The position numbers and the translations under genes are program-made. A stretch of 47,021 bases of DNA from Octopus sinensis (Eukaryota), in contig NW_021834875.1 of NCBI RefSeq assembly GCF_006345805.1, positions 1 through 47,021 on the forward strand. The letters run 5' to 3'. The notes beneath the pieces are model-generated. The model was not told the DNA's origin. It saw nothing but the letters and a program-made list of their open reading frames with translations, and made no database searches. This document shows positions 1-12,107 of the stretch, piece by piece. Positions within the stretch are counted from its first letter, which is position 1; each line of letters opens with the position of its first letter.

Positions 1-27
1 AAGAACGACCCCCAGCACCAAAAAATG

Positions 28-270
28 GCTTCCAAAAGTATCAGCCATCATTAGGAAAAGCAGTGTTCGCTTTGCTGGACATTGCTGTAAACGTATAAGG
101 AGGAGCTGGTTTATGGACAGCTTACATTGGACACATCGAAATGGGCAAATTCGAATCGTTCGACCAATACAGCTTGCATTGATAAGTTAACAACAGGAAT
201 TATTATAAACCATCCAAGATAGGGATGGATGAAAGATCGAAGTCGTGCGAATTCCAGCAGACTCAGCTCC
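28..270 (+). mobile_element. 3' end of a decayed RTE-like LINE (C-terminal ORF remnant)
   Basis: Translates LPKVSAIIRKSSVRFAGHC...WT...RP...MDERSK, resembling the RTE-clade C-terminal 'IRKRRLRFAGH' region. It runs directly into (GAA)n/(GAT)n tails at 285-443. Confidence 0.6.
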
Positions 271-356
271 ATGATGACGATGTAGAAGAAGAAGAAGAAG
301 AAGAAGAAGAAGAAGAAGAAGAAGAAGAAGAAGAAGAAGAAGAAGATATGAATGAT

Positions 357-428
<72 letters not shown>

Positions 429-454
429 TTGTTGATGATGACGATGCAAAGGTA

Positions 455-1113
455 ACAGTGTGTTACAGTCATTTAAATTCTGAACTTCACAAGCGATAAT
501 TGAGTGAGGGGCATCACGAGATGAAATAGACTTTACTTTAATGTTTGAAACTATTATCCTTGCATTTACCTCTGCAGCAGTTGAAGCGGGATTACGGATC
601 CCAATCTTCTTAAGCTCTTTATAACTTTCATATGTATGAAGTCTCGCCTTGCACACTCGATTTTTGCACCTCCAGTAAATCTTCAATCCATCTGCATACT
701 GCTTATTTTTTGTGTATATATAATTTTCTAGATCGACCACTTTGATTTTTCCTTTCTCTGAAGTTATGATCTATCAGGTAGTCATGTTGATGGGTAGGCG
801 TATTGAATAAGTTTAATTGGATTTGTTTGAAAATCTTTGTTCGTAAACTGTTCAGCGCAGAAACTTAAAAGAGGTGGAGAGAGAGAGAGGGGGGTGTTTA
901 AAGAAAGGAAAAGAATATATCTAAAACTGTCCAACAACAATTTTAGTTCTAAAGTGATTGTTCTAAACTTCCCCTCGAAAATCATATTTAAATGTATTTT
1001 GGGACGAATTGGCCAGCGAAGAATTAACCTGGGGCTGAACTGATCAACGACGAATTGATCGGGGACAAATTAACCGATGACGAAATAACCGGGGATGGAT
1101 TGTCCTAGCACCC
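455..1113 (-). mobile_element. 5' part of a Mutator-like (Phantom-type) DNA transposon with FLYWCH domain remnant and subterminal 15-bp repeats
   Basis: The minus ORF from 740 reads NYIYTKNKQYADGLKIYWRCKNRVCKARLHT (FLYWCH zinc-finger pattern Y..YWRC....C.AR). About 7 tandem 15-mers (ggggacgaattgacc-like) lie at 1001-1105, and the element ends at ...tgtcctagcaccc 1113. Confidence 0.7.
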
Positions 1114-1525
1114 TTGCAACACAGGGGACCTCTCAAAGTACCCAAGATTCATGGTTAGAGTTTTCAACTGCACCACTACTATGTACGCGTTTGCTAAGAT
1201 AGTAGTCTTATTTATAAAAGGGCTTAAAAGATTCATGATCGACTAAGAAATGAAATCTGAACCGAGACAGATCTTCAGCCATGCTGGTTAGTTTAATAAT
1301 GTTGTAAGGCGGGTTGAACCATATTAATTTTTTTCAGCGACTAATAATTTTTCTCTAAAACAAATAATTGTGAAAAATAAACGTTTGGCGTTGCAAAAGT
1401 AGTTATTTTCAGAACTTCCGTTATTTTTCAAAATCTGATCTATAGGGAATAACAGTGCTTCTCCCACACGATATTCCCTGGCAAATATTACCAAATCACG
1501 GGCAGGGAAACACAGACATGCAAAT

Positions 1526-1602
<77 letters not shown>

Positions 1603-2548
1603 TTTTTTAAATAACATAAAATAAATGAAAGTAAAGACACACGCACACACAGACATAAGCAAACAATATAAGAAAGAATAAGAAAATATGGCTGCCACAC
1701 AGATAATAAAATATACGTTTTTTGATAAAACAACAAATGCACTTCTGAAAAGTGAATATATAATCTAAACGTTATCTAGTTTACAACCATTGCAAACACT
1801 TAAAAACCCCACTATTGAGGCCCCTTTATCTCCCAGAGGGTAAATAATGTAACTGCGAATAGCTATAAGGGTTGGAAAATACATATTTTTTGTTTTGTTA
1901 TATTTTATTAGTTTTGTTTTTTGGTTGTCTTTTAGGTTGTTATTTTGATGAGTTTTCTAGGTGTTTTCATTTGCTGCTGTTGTTTTTTTTTTATAATTTA
2001 TATATATATTTATAATTTTTTTTTTTTTATGTTAATGTTATTATTATTTTTTTTTTTTGCGGTGTTTATTTTGTATTTTGTTTCTGTTGTGTAAAGCTGT
2101 AAAACAAGATGATCTATAAGAATGGTTAATAGACGAAGATTCTTTAGGGAGAAGAGATGAATAGCTGAAGAAATAGATGAATGGAATTATATCAGTTATG
2201 AAGATAATGGCTTAAGAAAACAAGACACGCTCGTTTTGGGGGAGGTGTTTTTTTTTCCCCCCCACTTCATTTTTTTTTCTCTCTCTCTTCATTTCTGCTT
2301 TTCATTGCCATTGATGTTGTTGTTGTTATTGTTATTGTTGTTTTTTGGTTGTTGTTACTGCTACAGTTATTGATATTGTTTTTGTTCCTCTAGCTGACGT
2401 TGCTGTTGTTGTTGTTGTTGATAGTAGTGATGCTAACTTCGTTTGAACCGAACACGAGGCTAGCAAACTGCAAAGCATATGTAATGGCGGCCTGAATATA
2501 ACAGTGATGTTTTATTCGAGAAATATGTTGTGTAAGACATACATGAAA

Positions 2549-2579
<31 letters not shown>

Positions 2580-2798
2580 GACGCACAAAGATAAAGAGAA
2601 GAGAAGAGAGAGAGAGAGAGACAAGGAAAGGAGGAGGAACATAAATATATACGCTATAATATAAATACTTATGTATATTTAAATAAAAAAAAAACTTGTA
2701 GTGTGACTAACCAGACTTGTAAAGTAATTAACTTGTACATAGAAAATGCTAATGTTATAAGCAGAGTTATTATAAAACCCTCGTGCAATCTATTTATC

Positions 2799-2864
<66 letters not shown>

Positions 2865-2884
2865 TGTGTGTGTGTGTGTTTGTG

Positions 2885-3002
2885 CAGAGTGGGCCAAAAG
2901 TCACGAACGTGTTTCAATATTTAACAAGTTCTAAATCTTTTGCTTAAAATTTGCAGTATCCCAGTACCATAAACACACACACAGACACAGACACAGACAC
3001 AG

Positions 3003-3051
<49 letters not shown>

Positions 3052-3206
3052 CGAACACACACACACACATATACACACACGTGTGTGTGTGTGTTTATAG
3101 GAAATAGATGCAATCTACGTGGGGAAAATCACATCTAAATAGAAAAATAATGTTTTTAAAAGTTTATTAAAATTTCATATCTTTTCCTGAGTTTTGGCCC
3201 ACTCAT
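2885..3206. mobile_element. Tc1/mariner-like MITE
   Basis: Terminal inverted repeats gagtgggccaaaagtca (2887) and tgagttttggcccactc (3188-3204) match at 16/17. There is an internal (CA)n. Confidence 0.55.
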
Positions 3207-3350
3207 TATGTATGTGTGTGTGTGCGTGGGGAAAGGGTGTTGTTTATGAATATATATATAGATTTCAAATTTTGGCACGAGGCCAGCAAATTCGAGTGGG
3301 GTGTTTAGTCGGTTACATCGACCTCAGTACTCAACTGGTACTTATTCTTG

Positions 3351-3578
3351 CGAGCTGGCAGTAACGTTAGCACGCCGGGCGAAATGCTTAGCAGTATTTC
3401 GTCTGCTGCTACGTTCTGAGTTCAAATTCCGCCGAGGTCGACTTTGCCTTTCATCCTTTCGGGGTCGATTAAATGAGTACCAGTTCGGCACTGGAGTCGA
3501 TATAATCGACTTAATCCGTTTGTCTGTCCTTGTTTGTCCTCTCTGTGTTTAGCCCCTTGTGGGTAGTAAAGAAATAGA
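3351..3578 (+). mobile_element. tRNA-derived SINE, family A, nested in an antisense copy of the same family
   Basis: Head cgagctggcag, B box gagttcaaattc, core gcctttcatcctttcggggtcgat and tail aaagaaatag. Flanked by a 15-bp duplication tacttattcttgcga (3339-3353 and 3579-3593). Confidence 0.85.
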
Positions 3579-3889
3579 TACTTATTCTTGCGAACCCGAA
3601 AATGGACCTCGATGGGATTTGAACTCAGAATGTAAACACGGACGAAATACTGCTAAGCATTTCCCCCGGCGTGCTAACGATTCTGTTAGGTCCCCGCCTT
3701 TGTGTAAATATATAATCGTTTCAAATTTAGGGGTGGGTGTAAAGTCGATTACATCGACACCAGTGCTTAACTGGTACTTATTTATTGAAAGGCCATGTCG
3801 ACCGGAATTTGAACTCAGAACATAAATTCGAACCAAAAAACTGCTAACGATTCTGCCAGCACACAGCCTTTGTGTAAATATATATTTCT

Positions 3890-4523
3890 TTCTACTATAA
3901 GCACAATGCCTGAAATTTTGGAGGAGGGGTTAAGTCGATTACATTCTTTTTTTTTTTCTACTCTAGGCACAAGGCCCAAAATTTTGGGGAAGGGTGCCAG
4001 TCGATTAGATCGACCCCAGTACGCCACTGGTACTTTATCGACCCCGAAAGGATAAAAGGTAAAGTCGACCTCGGCGAAATTTGAACTCAGAACATAATGA
4101 CAGACGAAATACCTATTTCTTTGCTACCCACAAGGGGCTAAACACTGAGAGGACAAACAAGGGCAGACAAACGGATTAAGTCGATTATATCGACCCCAGT
4201 GCGTAACTGGTACTTGTTTAATCGACCCCGAAAGGATGAAAGGCAAAGTCGAGCTCGGCGAAATTTGAACTCAGAACGTAGCGGCAGGCGAAATACCTAT
4301 TTCTTTACTACCCACAAGGGGCTAAACATAGAGAGGACAAATAAGGACAGCTAAACGGATCAAGTCGATTATATCGATCCCAGTGCGCAACTGGTACTTA
4401 TTTAATCGATCCCGAAAGGATGAAAGGCAAAGTCGACCTCAGCGGAATTTGAACTCAGGACATAACGGCAGACGAAATACCGCTAAGCATTTCGTCCGGC
4501 GTGCTAACGTTTCTGCCAGCTCG
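3890..4523 (-). mobile_element. Family A SINE tandem array (about 3 units)
   Basis: Repeated antisense core atcgaccccgaaaggatgaaaggc, with gaaatacctatttctt junctions at ~4106 and ~4290. The head lies at ~4480-4523. Confidence 0.8.
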
Positions 4524-4524
4524 A

Positions 4525-5230
4525 TTGTTTCTGTGTTTGTTCCCCACCTACCGCTTAACAACCGGTGTTGGTGTGTTTAGGTCCTCGTAACTTAGCGGTT
4601 CGGCACAAGAGAAAGAAACAGTAAGTATCAAGTTTAACAAAAAATAATTACTGGGGTTTATTCATTCGACTAAAAATTCTTCAGAGTGGTGCCCCAGCAT
4701 GGTCGCAGTCAAATGACTGAAACAAGTAAAAGATAAAAGATAAATCGTCTGTGGGCGTTAACATGGTTGTGTGGTTAAGAAGCTCGCTTTGCAACTACTT
4801 GGTTCTGGGTTCAATTCCACTATGTGGAACTTTGGGCAAGCGCCTTTCTTCAGACCGACTAATTCCTTGTGAGGATATTTGCTAGGCAAAAAACCCGTCC
4901 TCTGTCAGGCAACCGGTATTGTTTTCTTTTTACATCATTGTAACTTAACAAATCGGCAAATGAACTCGATAGAATAACTACCAAACCTAGCCCCAGATGG
5001 ACCAATATCTTGTGAATGAATTTGGCCGAAGGAACCCCTTCCCACTGCTTAGTTAGTACCCGGTATGCGTTTTACATCCCCGTAACTTAGCAGTCCATCA
5101 AATGAGTACGATAGAATAAATACCAGACGTAATAAGATAAGTACTGCCTGTCAATTTCTGCGACTAAACCCTTGAAGGCTGTGCTGCAGCATGGCCGCAG
5201 TAAAAGATAAATAAGTAAAAGATAAAACAT
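4525..5230 (+). mobile_element. Decayed family B SINE pieces
   Basis: Contains gtaacttagcggttcggca and cagcatggccgcagt motifs shared with the intact copies at 21847 and 29360. Confidence 0.65.
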
Positions 5231-5523
5231 AAAAAGATAAGACCCCAGCCTTATTTTCTTGGAGACACTTGAAGATTGTTGTATTGTTGTTTATTCTGCT
5301 ACACTTCTAAAGGCGAGATTCAAGCATGGATGAGTAATACGATTCAGGATATAACTAAAAATAAAATGCAGAACATATTTGATAAACAAAGTGATTTGAT
5401 TAGATATCCAATACAATTCAGGATATAACTGCTGAAAAACGAATTTCTAGAGCTGAGGATATCGTCATAATTTGTATACGTAATGACGACAGCGGACATG
5501 TTAAAAATTTAACAAAATGAATT

Positions 5524-6088
5524 TATTTGGTTGTCCGGAGTTCGTGCCGATTTTTAAAACAAAAAGGTCAATAAATACTTGCCATTACGTCTTTAATCAA
5601 CCAAATATGAACCATTTTGTAGCACAATGCGTCTCCATCTTTCCTTTAACTTGAAAATACTCTCTTCCCAGAACTGAGCTGGTTTCATGGCAAAGAATTC
5701 ATCAAGGTATCTTTTTACGTCAACCAAGGAATTGAAATTCTTACTATTAAGACTATTCTGCAGAGACCTGAATAAATGGAAATCCGAAGGAACAATATCT
5801 GGCGAATATTGATGGTGGGGTAACACATCCCAGCCGAGCTGCAGCAATTTTTGTCTGGTTCCCAAATCATCAAGTGCCGAAAATGAACTTTCTTATCTTC
5901 CATTTTAAAGGGTTACAGAATTAACACAGGCTATAGGAACATAAATCTTCATCCACGAAAAGATAGCTTGAACTGTGCTCTAAATGGAGATGTAGTCAAA
6001 TCCTATTTTATGGATTCAACCATGTTCTAAAACAAGTCGAAAGGTAAGCTACTATAAATTGGCAAGAACTTTCCGGACAGCCCAATAT
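5524..6088 (-). mobile_element. Internally deleted mariner (DD34D) element with both TIRs
   Basis: TIRs tatttggttgtccgga..gttcgtgccgattt and aaattggcaagaactttccggacagcccaata. The N-terminus MEDKKVHFRHLMIWE is joined to the C-terminus TRQKLLQLGWDVLPH..YSPDIVPSDFHLFRSLQNSL. Confidence 0.9.
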
Positions 6089-6139
6089 TTTAACATGTAA
6101 TAAATTTTATAACTTAGTCTTGTTAGAGATTAATTAACT

Positions 6140-6467
6140 GGTACTTCGTCGCTTACAACGTCAAGGCTTCCAGTTGATTCGATCAGCGGAACAGTCTCCT
6201 CGTGAAGTTAACGTACAAGTGGCCGAGCGTTCCACAAGCACGATTACCCTTAACGTAGTTCTCGGGGAGATTCATTGTGACACAGAATGTGACAAGGCTG
6301 GCCCTTTGAAATACAGGTACTACTCATTTTTGCCAGCTGAGTGGATTAGAGCAACATAAGATAAAGAGTCTTACCTGATGACACAACGCGCTGCAAGGAT
6401 CGAACTCCCAACTTTACGATCCTGGGCCAAGTATCGTGAGCCTAACCACTAGGCCACGCGCCTTCAC
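6140..6467 (-). mobile_element. tRNA-derived SINE, family C
   Basis: Antisense tRNA-like head (ctaaccactaggccacgcgcc; gatcgaactc). The body is shared with 24950-25570. Confidence 0.75.
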
Positions 6468-6530
6468 TGTTACAGATTAACCCTGCCGTAGATAGAACTG
6501 CAATTATTTTAATATATATTTACAAAAAAA

Positions 6531-6762
6531 GGCGGCGAGCTGGCAGAATCGTTAACATGTCGGGCAAAATGCTTAGCGGTATTTCGTCTGTCGCTACGTT
6601 GTGAGTTCAAATTCCGCCGAGGTCGACTTTGCCTTTCATCCTTTCGAGGTCGATTAAATAAGAACCAGTGACGCACTAGGTCGATATAATCGACTTGATC
6701 CGTTTGTCTGTCCTTGTTTGTCCCCTCTGTCTTTAGCCCCTTGTGGGTAGTAAAGAAATAGG
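6531..6762 (+). mobile_element. Family A SINE, full length
   Basis: ggcggcgagctggcagaatcgtta head through aaagaaatagg tail. Confidence 0.9.
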
Positions 6763-6938
6763 TACCTCGTCATATGTATGCATATATATGTGTACACACA
6801 CACACACACACAATTTGTGAATGTATGTGTGTGTCACTTTTTGTCTGTGCTTGTCGCTCGCCTCATAATCCCTTAACAACCGGTATTGGTTTGTTTACGT
6901 TCCCGTAACTTAACGGTTTGGCAAAAAAGATTTAACAA

Positions 6939-7000
<62 letters not shown>

Positions 7001-7966
7001 TATATAAACTTAGATAAACTTAGATAAACTTAAGATTGGTCCAGGCCATGTCTAACTTAATAGCACCACCTGATAGGATTATTCGAATCCTGTTTAAGTC
7101 AAGTTTTGTTCAAGTAGTGAGTTCTTCTTGGGTGAGTTGTCAAGTTGTTTTGTTCAAGTAGTGAGTTCTTGTTGGGTATATATATATATATATATAATAG
7201 GTGTGGATTTGTTTGACCAAAACCCTCTCAAGGTTGTTTTCTAACAACAGAAACAAATAAAAGATATACAAACTCCAAAAGTTATTTTTTAAAAATACAT
7301 CTTAATTTTGTTAGATTGGTTACCTTTGAACAACTTTCCTTCAAATATAACATGTAATTCGTTTGTTCAATAGAGGAATAAATAACCGTCAAATTTGGAA
7401 GAAGCAGACGAGATTTTTTTTCTTCCCAAAACAAAAACGACAGAAGAAAGGATAATTCATGACGGTGTATGATGGGAAGGGGGGAGAAATCAGGTCTTTG
7501 AGTACACCAGGACGAAATGAGAGGCGCCTGAGTAAAATATGCGACAATTTGGGAAATACTGTAAGATGAAGTGTGTAAACAGTAACCATTTTCGCCCCTT
7601 CCGTCCCCATCGTCACTTCGGTTTCAAGGATATCCCGAAAAATAAACACTTTACTTTTACTTACGTACATACCTACACATATGCATGCACATATTCACAA
7701 ACGCACACACACAAATATATACATATATATATATGTGGATATATGTATATAGACATATATATATGCGTATACATAAACATACAACACACACACATATATA
7801 TATATATATGTATGTAGGTAGGTATGTAGGTATGTATGCATTCATGTATGTATTACACAAGCACAAACAGAAACTCACACACTTATATATCACTCTGACA
7901 GGCCGACTAAGGCAAACTGCGAAGTCACTGTCACTCGTTACCTTGCAAGAATAATTATTTATGTAC

Positions 7967-8026
<60 letters not shown>

Positions 8027-9067
8027 GTAAGTATACGTTTAGGTACATATATATGTGTATAAGGTTTTATATATACATACATACATGCATACGTACATAC
8101 ATACATACATGCAAATATATATATATATGTATATATATTTATATATATGTATATTATATAATATGTATGTTTGAGTATATATATATATATGAGTATATAT
8201 ATATGTATGTATATACATACATAGATATATAAATGTATATGTATGTATATACATATATATATGTATATATTTATATATTTATATATACACATATATATGC
8301 ATGCATATGTATGTATATATATACATATATATATACATATATGTATATATATATGTATGTATATACATACATATACATATATATATATGTATGTATATAC
8401 AAACATACATGTATATATATACTCATATATATATATATATATACTTATATATATATACTCATACATATATATATATAAATATATACGTATATGTTTGTAT
8501 GTACGCATGCATGTATGTATGTATGTATATATAAAGATATATGTATGTATATATATGTATATATACGAGTATATATATATATATATGTGTGTGTGCAAGC
8601 TTGTGTGTGTTCCTACTAAATTCTTTGTCTCTTTTCCACATTTCCAGCATCTATTTATTTATTTATTTATTCATTTATTTATACATATATATATATATCC
8701 TTTTTTTACTTTGTTTCTAAATCCCACGGCACTATATCCTCTTAATATCAACGAAAACAAAAAAAAAAAAAACATTTTGCAGAATATCACTCATCCACTT
8801 CATGTCTCTATCGCGTTATCTCAATTATCTACCAACCCCCTTTCTAGCTCTCCACACCTATCTATCTGTCCGTGTGTCTATCTGTCTATCTGCTCCATCT
8901 ATTGTTTAATTGTTTCCTTTGCATACTACTTCCACACCATTCCCGTTACACCAAACACTCCACACACTGTATTTACACGTTCACATCTCTTCTCTTTTGT
9001 TGTCTACGTTACACACACTCCTTTCGTAGTCCTTTTCACGAAATAATACTGACTATATTATATACGA

Positions 9068-9131
<64 letters not shown>

Positions 9132-9215
9132 ATATATACATACATATATATATACATACATATACATATATATATATATGTGTGTTTGTATATATATATA
9201 TATATATGTATATGT

Positions 9216-9257
<42 letters not shown>

Positions 9258-9270
9258 TGTATGTATATAT

Positions 9271-9333
9271 ATCATCATCATCATCATCATCGTTTAGCGT
9301 CGTCGTTTTTCCATGCTAGCATGGGTTGGACGG

Positions 9334-9334
<1 letters not shown>
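9271..9334 (-). mobile_element. Short retroposon 3'-tail fragment with (GAT)n tail
   Basis: (CAT)n followed by cgtttagcgtc...tttccatgctagcatgggttggacggt, sitting inside (TA)n. Resembles a common LINE tail. Confidence 0.4.
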
Positions 9335-9364
<30 letters not shown>

Positions 9365-9544
9365 GCATGTGTGTATGTATGTATGTATATATATATATTA
9401 TATATATATATATTATAACATACACAACATGCATATATATATATTATATAATATAATATATAATATATATATATATATATATACGGTTATGCTGCCACAT
9501 TTTTTGATGGAATTTTTTTCTGTAAAAAAATTCATCCTATATTA

Positions 9545-9604
<60 letters not shown>

Positions 9605-10064
9605 TATATATATATTGTTTCTCTCTGAGTAATAAAGAGACTTGTGGTTGCTCTTCTTTTTGTTGAAATAATAGCAATAATAAATAATAATAAAATAATA
9701 ATAATAATAAAATCTTTAAAAAAAAACATAGCAGAACTGCTGGAAGATAGGAAATAGTCGAGTAATACGACACCAGTAAATTGGTGGTACTTATGTTATC
9801 GTCCCACCATCAAAAGCATCTAGTTCTGCTTTTTGACACCCGCCTATATGAGTGTATGTGCGTGCGTGTATGTGTTTGTGCGTGTGCGTGTATGTGTATG
9901 TGAGTGTGTGTATGTATGTGTGAGTGAATGTGTGTGTGCATATATGTATGTATGTATGTATGTACGTATGCATGTATGTATGTATTTATGTATGTACGTA
10001 TGCATGCATGTATGTATGAATAAATGTTCAAGATTCCAGTGAATAGACAGACAGACAGACAGAC

Positions 10065-10096
<32 letters not shown>

Positions 10097-10100
10097 TGAC

Positions 10101-10241
<141 letters not shown>

Positions 10242-10265
10242 TTCACATACATACACATATACATA

Positions 10266-10833
10266 TAGGCTGTCCCAAAAGTCATTGATGGGTTTCAATT
10301 TTTAATAACTTCCTTGTCTTTACAAATAAATGCATAAAATGTTGATACAATATAAAGGACAAAATGAAAATTAATATACACAACTCAAATTTTTCAACAC
10401 TACGAAATCATATTGGGAAAATGACATCGCTTGAATGGCAGCCATTTTCGGCTTCGCACGCCCGTGTCCTTTCCAAAACCAGCACCAGAAAGATTTGATG
10501 ACCATGACTGGAATGCTTTTGATCATACTCAAGAGTTTCAGACCCCACTTCTCTAATTTCTCTATTGATATTCTCTTTCAGTTGCACCAGGATCTCCGAT
10601 TTGTTGACATAAACCCTCTCATTGAAGTATCCCCACAAGAAAAAAATCTGGGCTATTCAAGTCTGGGGCAATTGAAGGCCAGTTGACATTGCCGTGTCGG
10701 GAGATTATTCTCTCTCCAAAGCACTGCCGTAGCAGCTGCATTATTTCTCTTGCGGTATGAGCAGTTGCCCCATCTTTCTGGAAACATGTGCGAGGCCTGC
10801 TTTGAATGACTGGGAGCAAAAAGGTCTCAATCA
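10266..10833 (-). mobile_element. 3' half of a Tc1/mariner DD41D (rosa/Visitor-like) transposon, pseudogenised
   Basis: FQKDGATAHT...WPSIAPDLNSPDFFL(W)GY: 41 residues separate the last two aspartates. It continues after a frameshift as WGYFNERVY...LKENI...RACEAENG, with a TIR-like end taggctgtcccaaaa at ~10266. Confidence 0.8.
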
Positions 10834-10880
10834 TTAAAAACACACAAAACCGTTAGATTCACTTCAACATTTAAATATAA

Positions 10881-10931
10881 TTTGTCAAAATATTTTCGTC
10901 GCTTTGAAACTGCGACCTGTTCACTGACAAA
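10881..10931 (-). ncRNA. Type I hammerhead ribozyme, G3-C8 core variant
   Basis: Minus strand reads UUUGUCA-GUGAACA-G-GUCGC agUUUcaaa GCGAC-GAAA-AUAU-U-U-UGACAAA: 7-bp stem I, 5-bp stem II and palindromic stem III AAUAUU. Confidence 0.7.
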
Positions 10932-10953
10932 ATTCCGAGATGCAGCACAGAAT

Positions 10954-11004
10954 TTTGTCAGTGAACAGGTCACAATTTCAAAGCGACGAAAACATTTTGA
11001 CAAA
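10954..11004 (+). ncRNA. Hammerhead ribozyme, G3-C8 variant, partly decayed copy
   Basis: Same fold, but stem II has a mismatch (GUCAC/GCGAC) and the stem III palindrome is broken (AACAUU). Confidence 0.5.
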
Positions 11005-11289
11005 TTATATTTAAATGTTGAAGTGAATCTAACGGTTTTTGTGTGATTTTAAGTGCTTTATAAACATCATCCAAGCTGCAATTGTTTTTGTTTCAGCACA
11101 CGATCTCAGATCAGGTCACTTGCTATGCAAGTACATCTCGGTAATAAATATTTAACGATTACGTAATATGTAGAGTGGGCAAAATTCTAACATTAGAACG
11201 GCACCAACATTCTTCAACGATTTTTTTAGTTAAACTGCTACGGAGATAAGATTAACTGATACAGTTGTTAAATGATCAATCAAGAGGAA

Positions 11290-11519
11290 AGCGGCGAGCT
11301 GGCAGAACCGTTAGCACGCCAGGCAAAATGTGTAGCCGTATTTCGTCTGCCGTTACGTTCTGAGTTCAAATTCCGCCGAGGTCGACTTTGCCTTTCATCT
11401 TTTCGGGGTCGATAAATTAAGTACCAGTTACGCACTGGGGTCGATGTAATCGACTTAATCTCTATGACTGTCCGTGTTTGTCCCCTCTACGTTTAGCCCC
11501 TTGTGGGTAATAAAGAAAC
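11290..11519 (+). mobile_element. Family A SINE, full length
   Basis: gcggcgagctggcagaaccgttag head through taaagaaa tail. Confidence 0.9.
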
Positions 11520-12061
11520 AGATTGCATGTGGTCGTTTGACTTGTTAGAAATGTCAACCAAAGCTACCTTACATCATAACTTAAACCACCTGAGGAGAAT
11601 GAAAGACGCTTTATGTAATATAGACCGCGATGCACTATGTTTGATTGAAAGATTTGATGACCATGACTGGAAAGCTTTTGATCATACGAATACTTGATAA
11701 GAATTGATCACTGGTTAAAGAGTAACAAAATCAATAATCCAGCTTTTAGAAAAATGGCTGTTCATACGAACATGAAACGAAGAGTAGCTTCCCACATCAA
11801 TGGCAATGTTAACTGCCACAACCGCCATAGTGCTGAGATGGACGCTACAAGACGTCTTGCATCGCTGAAATGACTCAACGTGAGATGTCTGTCTGTTGGT
11901 GGTTCCAGAGAATCGTAACATTCTTCTTAAGGAAGCACTACAAACTGAAGAATGTTCCCATGCAGTGTTACTAGATTTCCTCATCATTTACCAACTGCGA
12001 TGGTTAAATATTTCAGCTGTTAATGATTAAGGTGTCTCGTGGCCATTTTCAAGTCAAACTT

Positions 12062-12107
<46 letters not shown>

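Larger units (their letters stand above)
10834..11141. mobile_element. Small HHR-bearing retroelement (retrozyme/Penelope pLTR-like), ~190-bp unit plus inverted partial copy
   Basis: Inverted arms 10834-10935 and 10950-11052. The plus unit runs 10951-11141, and both arms contain an HHR fold. Confidence 0.75.

Noticed and set aside
2438-2491. 54-nt minus-strand exon candidate (ttcag|GCCGCC...CGAA|gttagc)
   Set aside because: Splice-like sites only; the peptide is unrecognised and such matches arise by chance.
7070-7095. Hammerhead at ctgataggatt...aatcc
   Set aside because: No GAAA follows stem II, and the core lacks G8/A9.
11715-11987. 90-aa non-repetitive ORF
   Set aside because: No recognisable motif or convincing splice context; it cannot be supported without a search.
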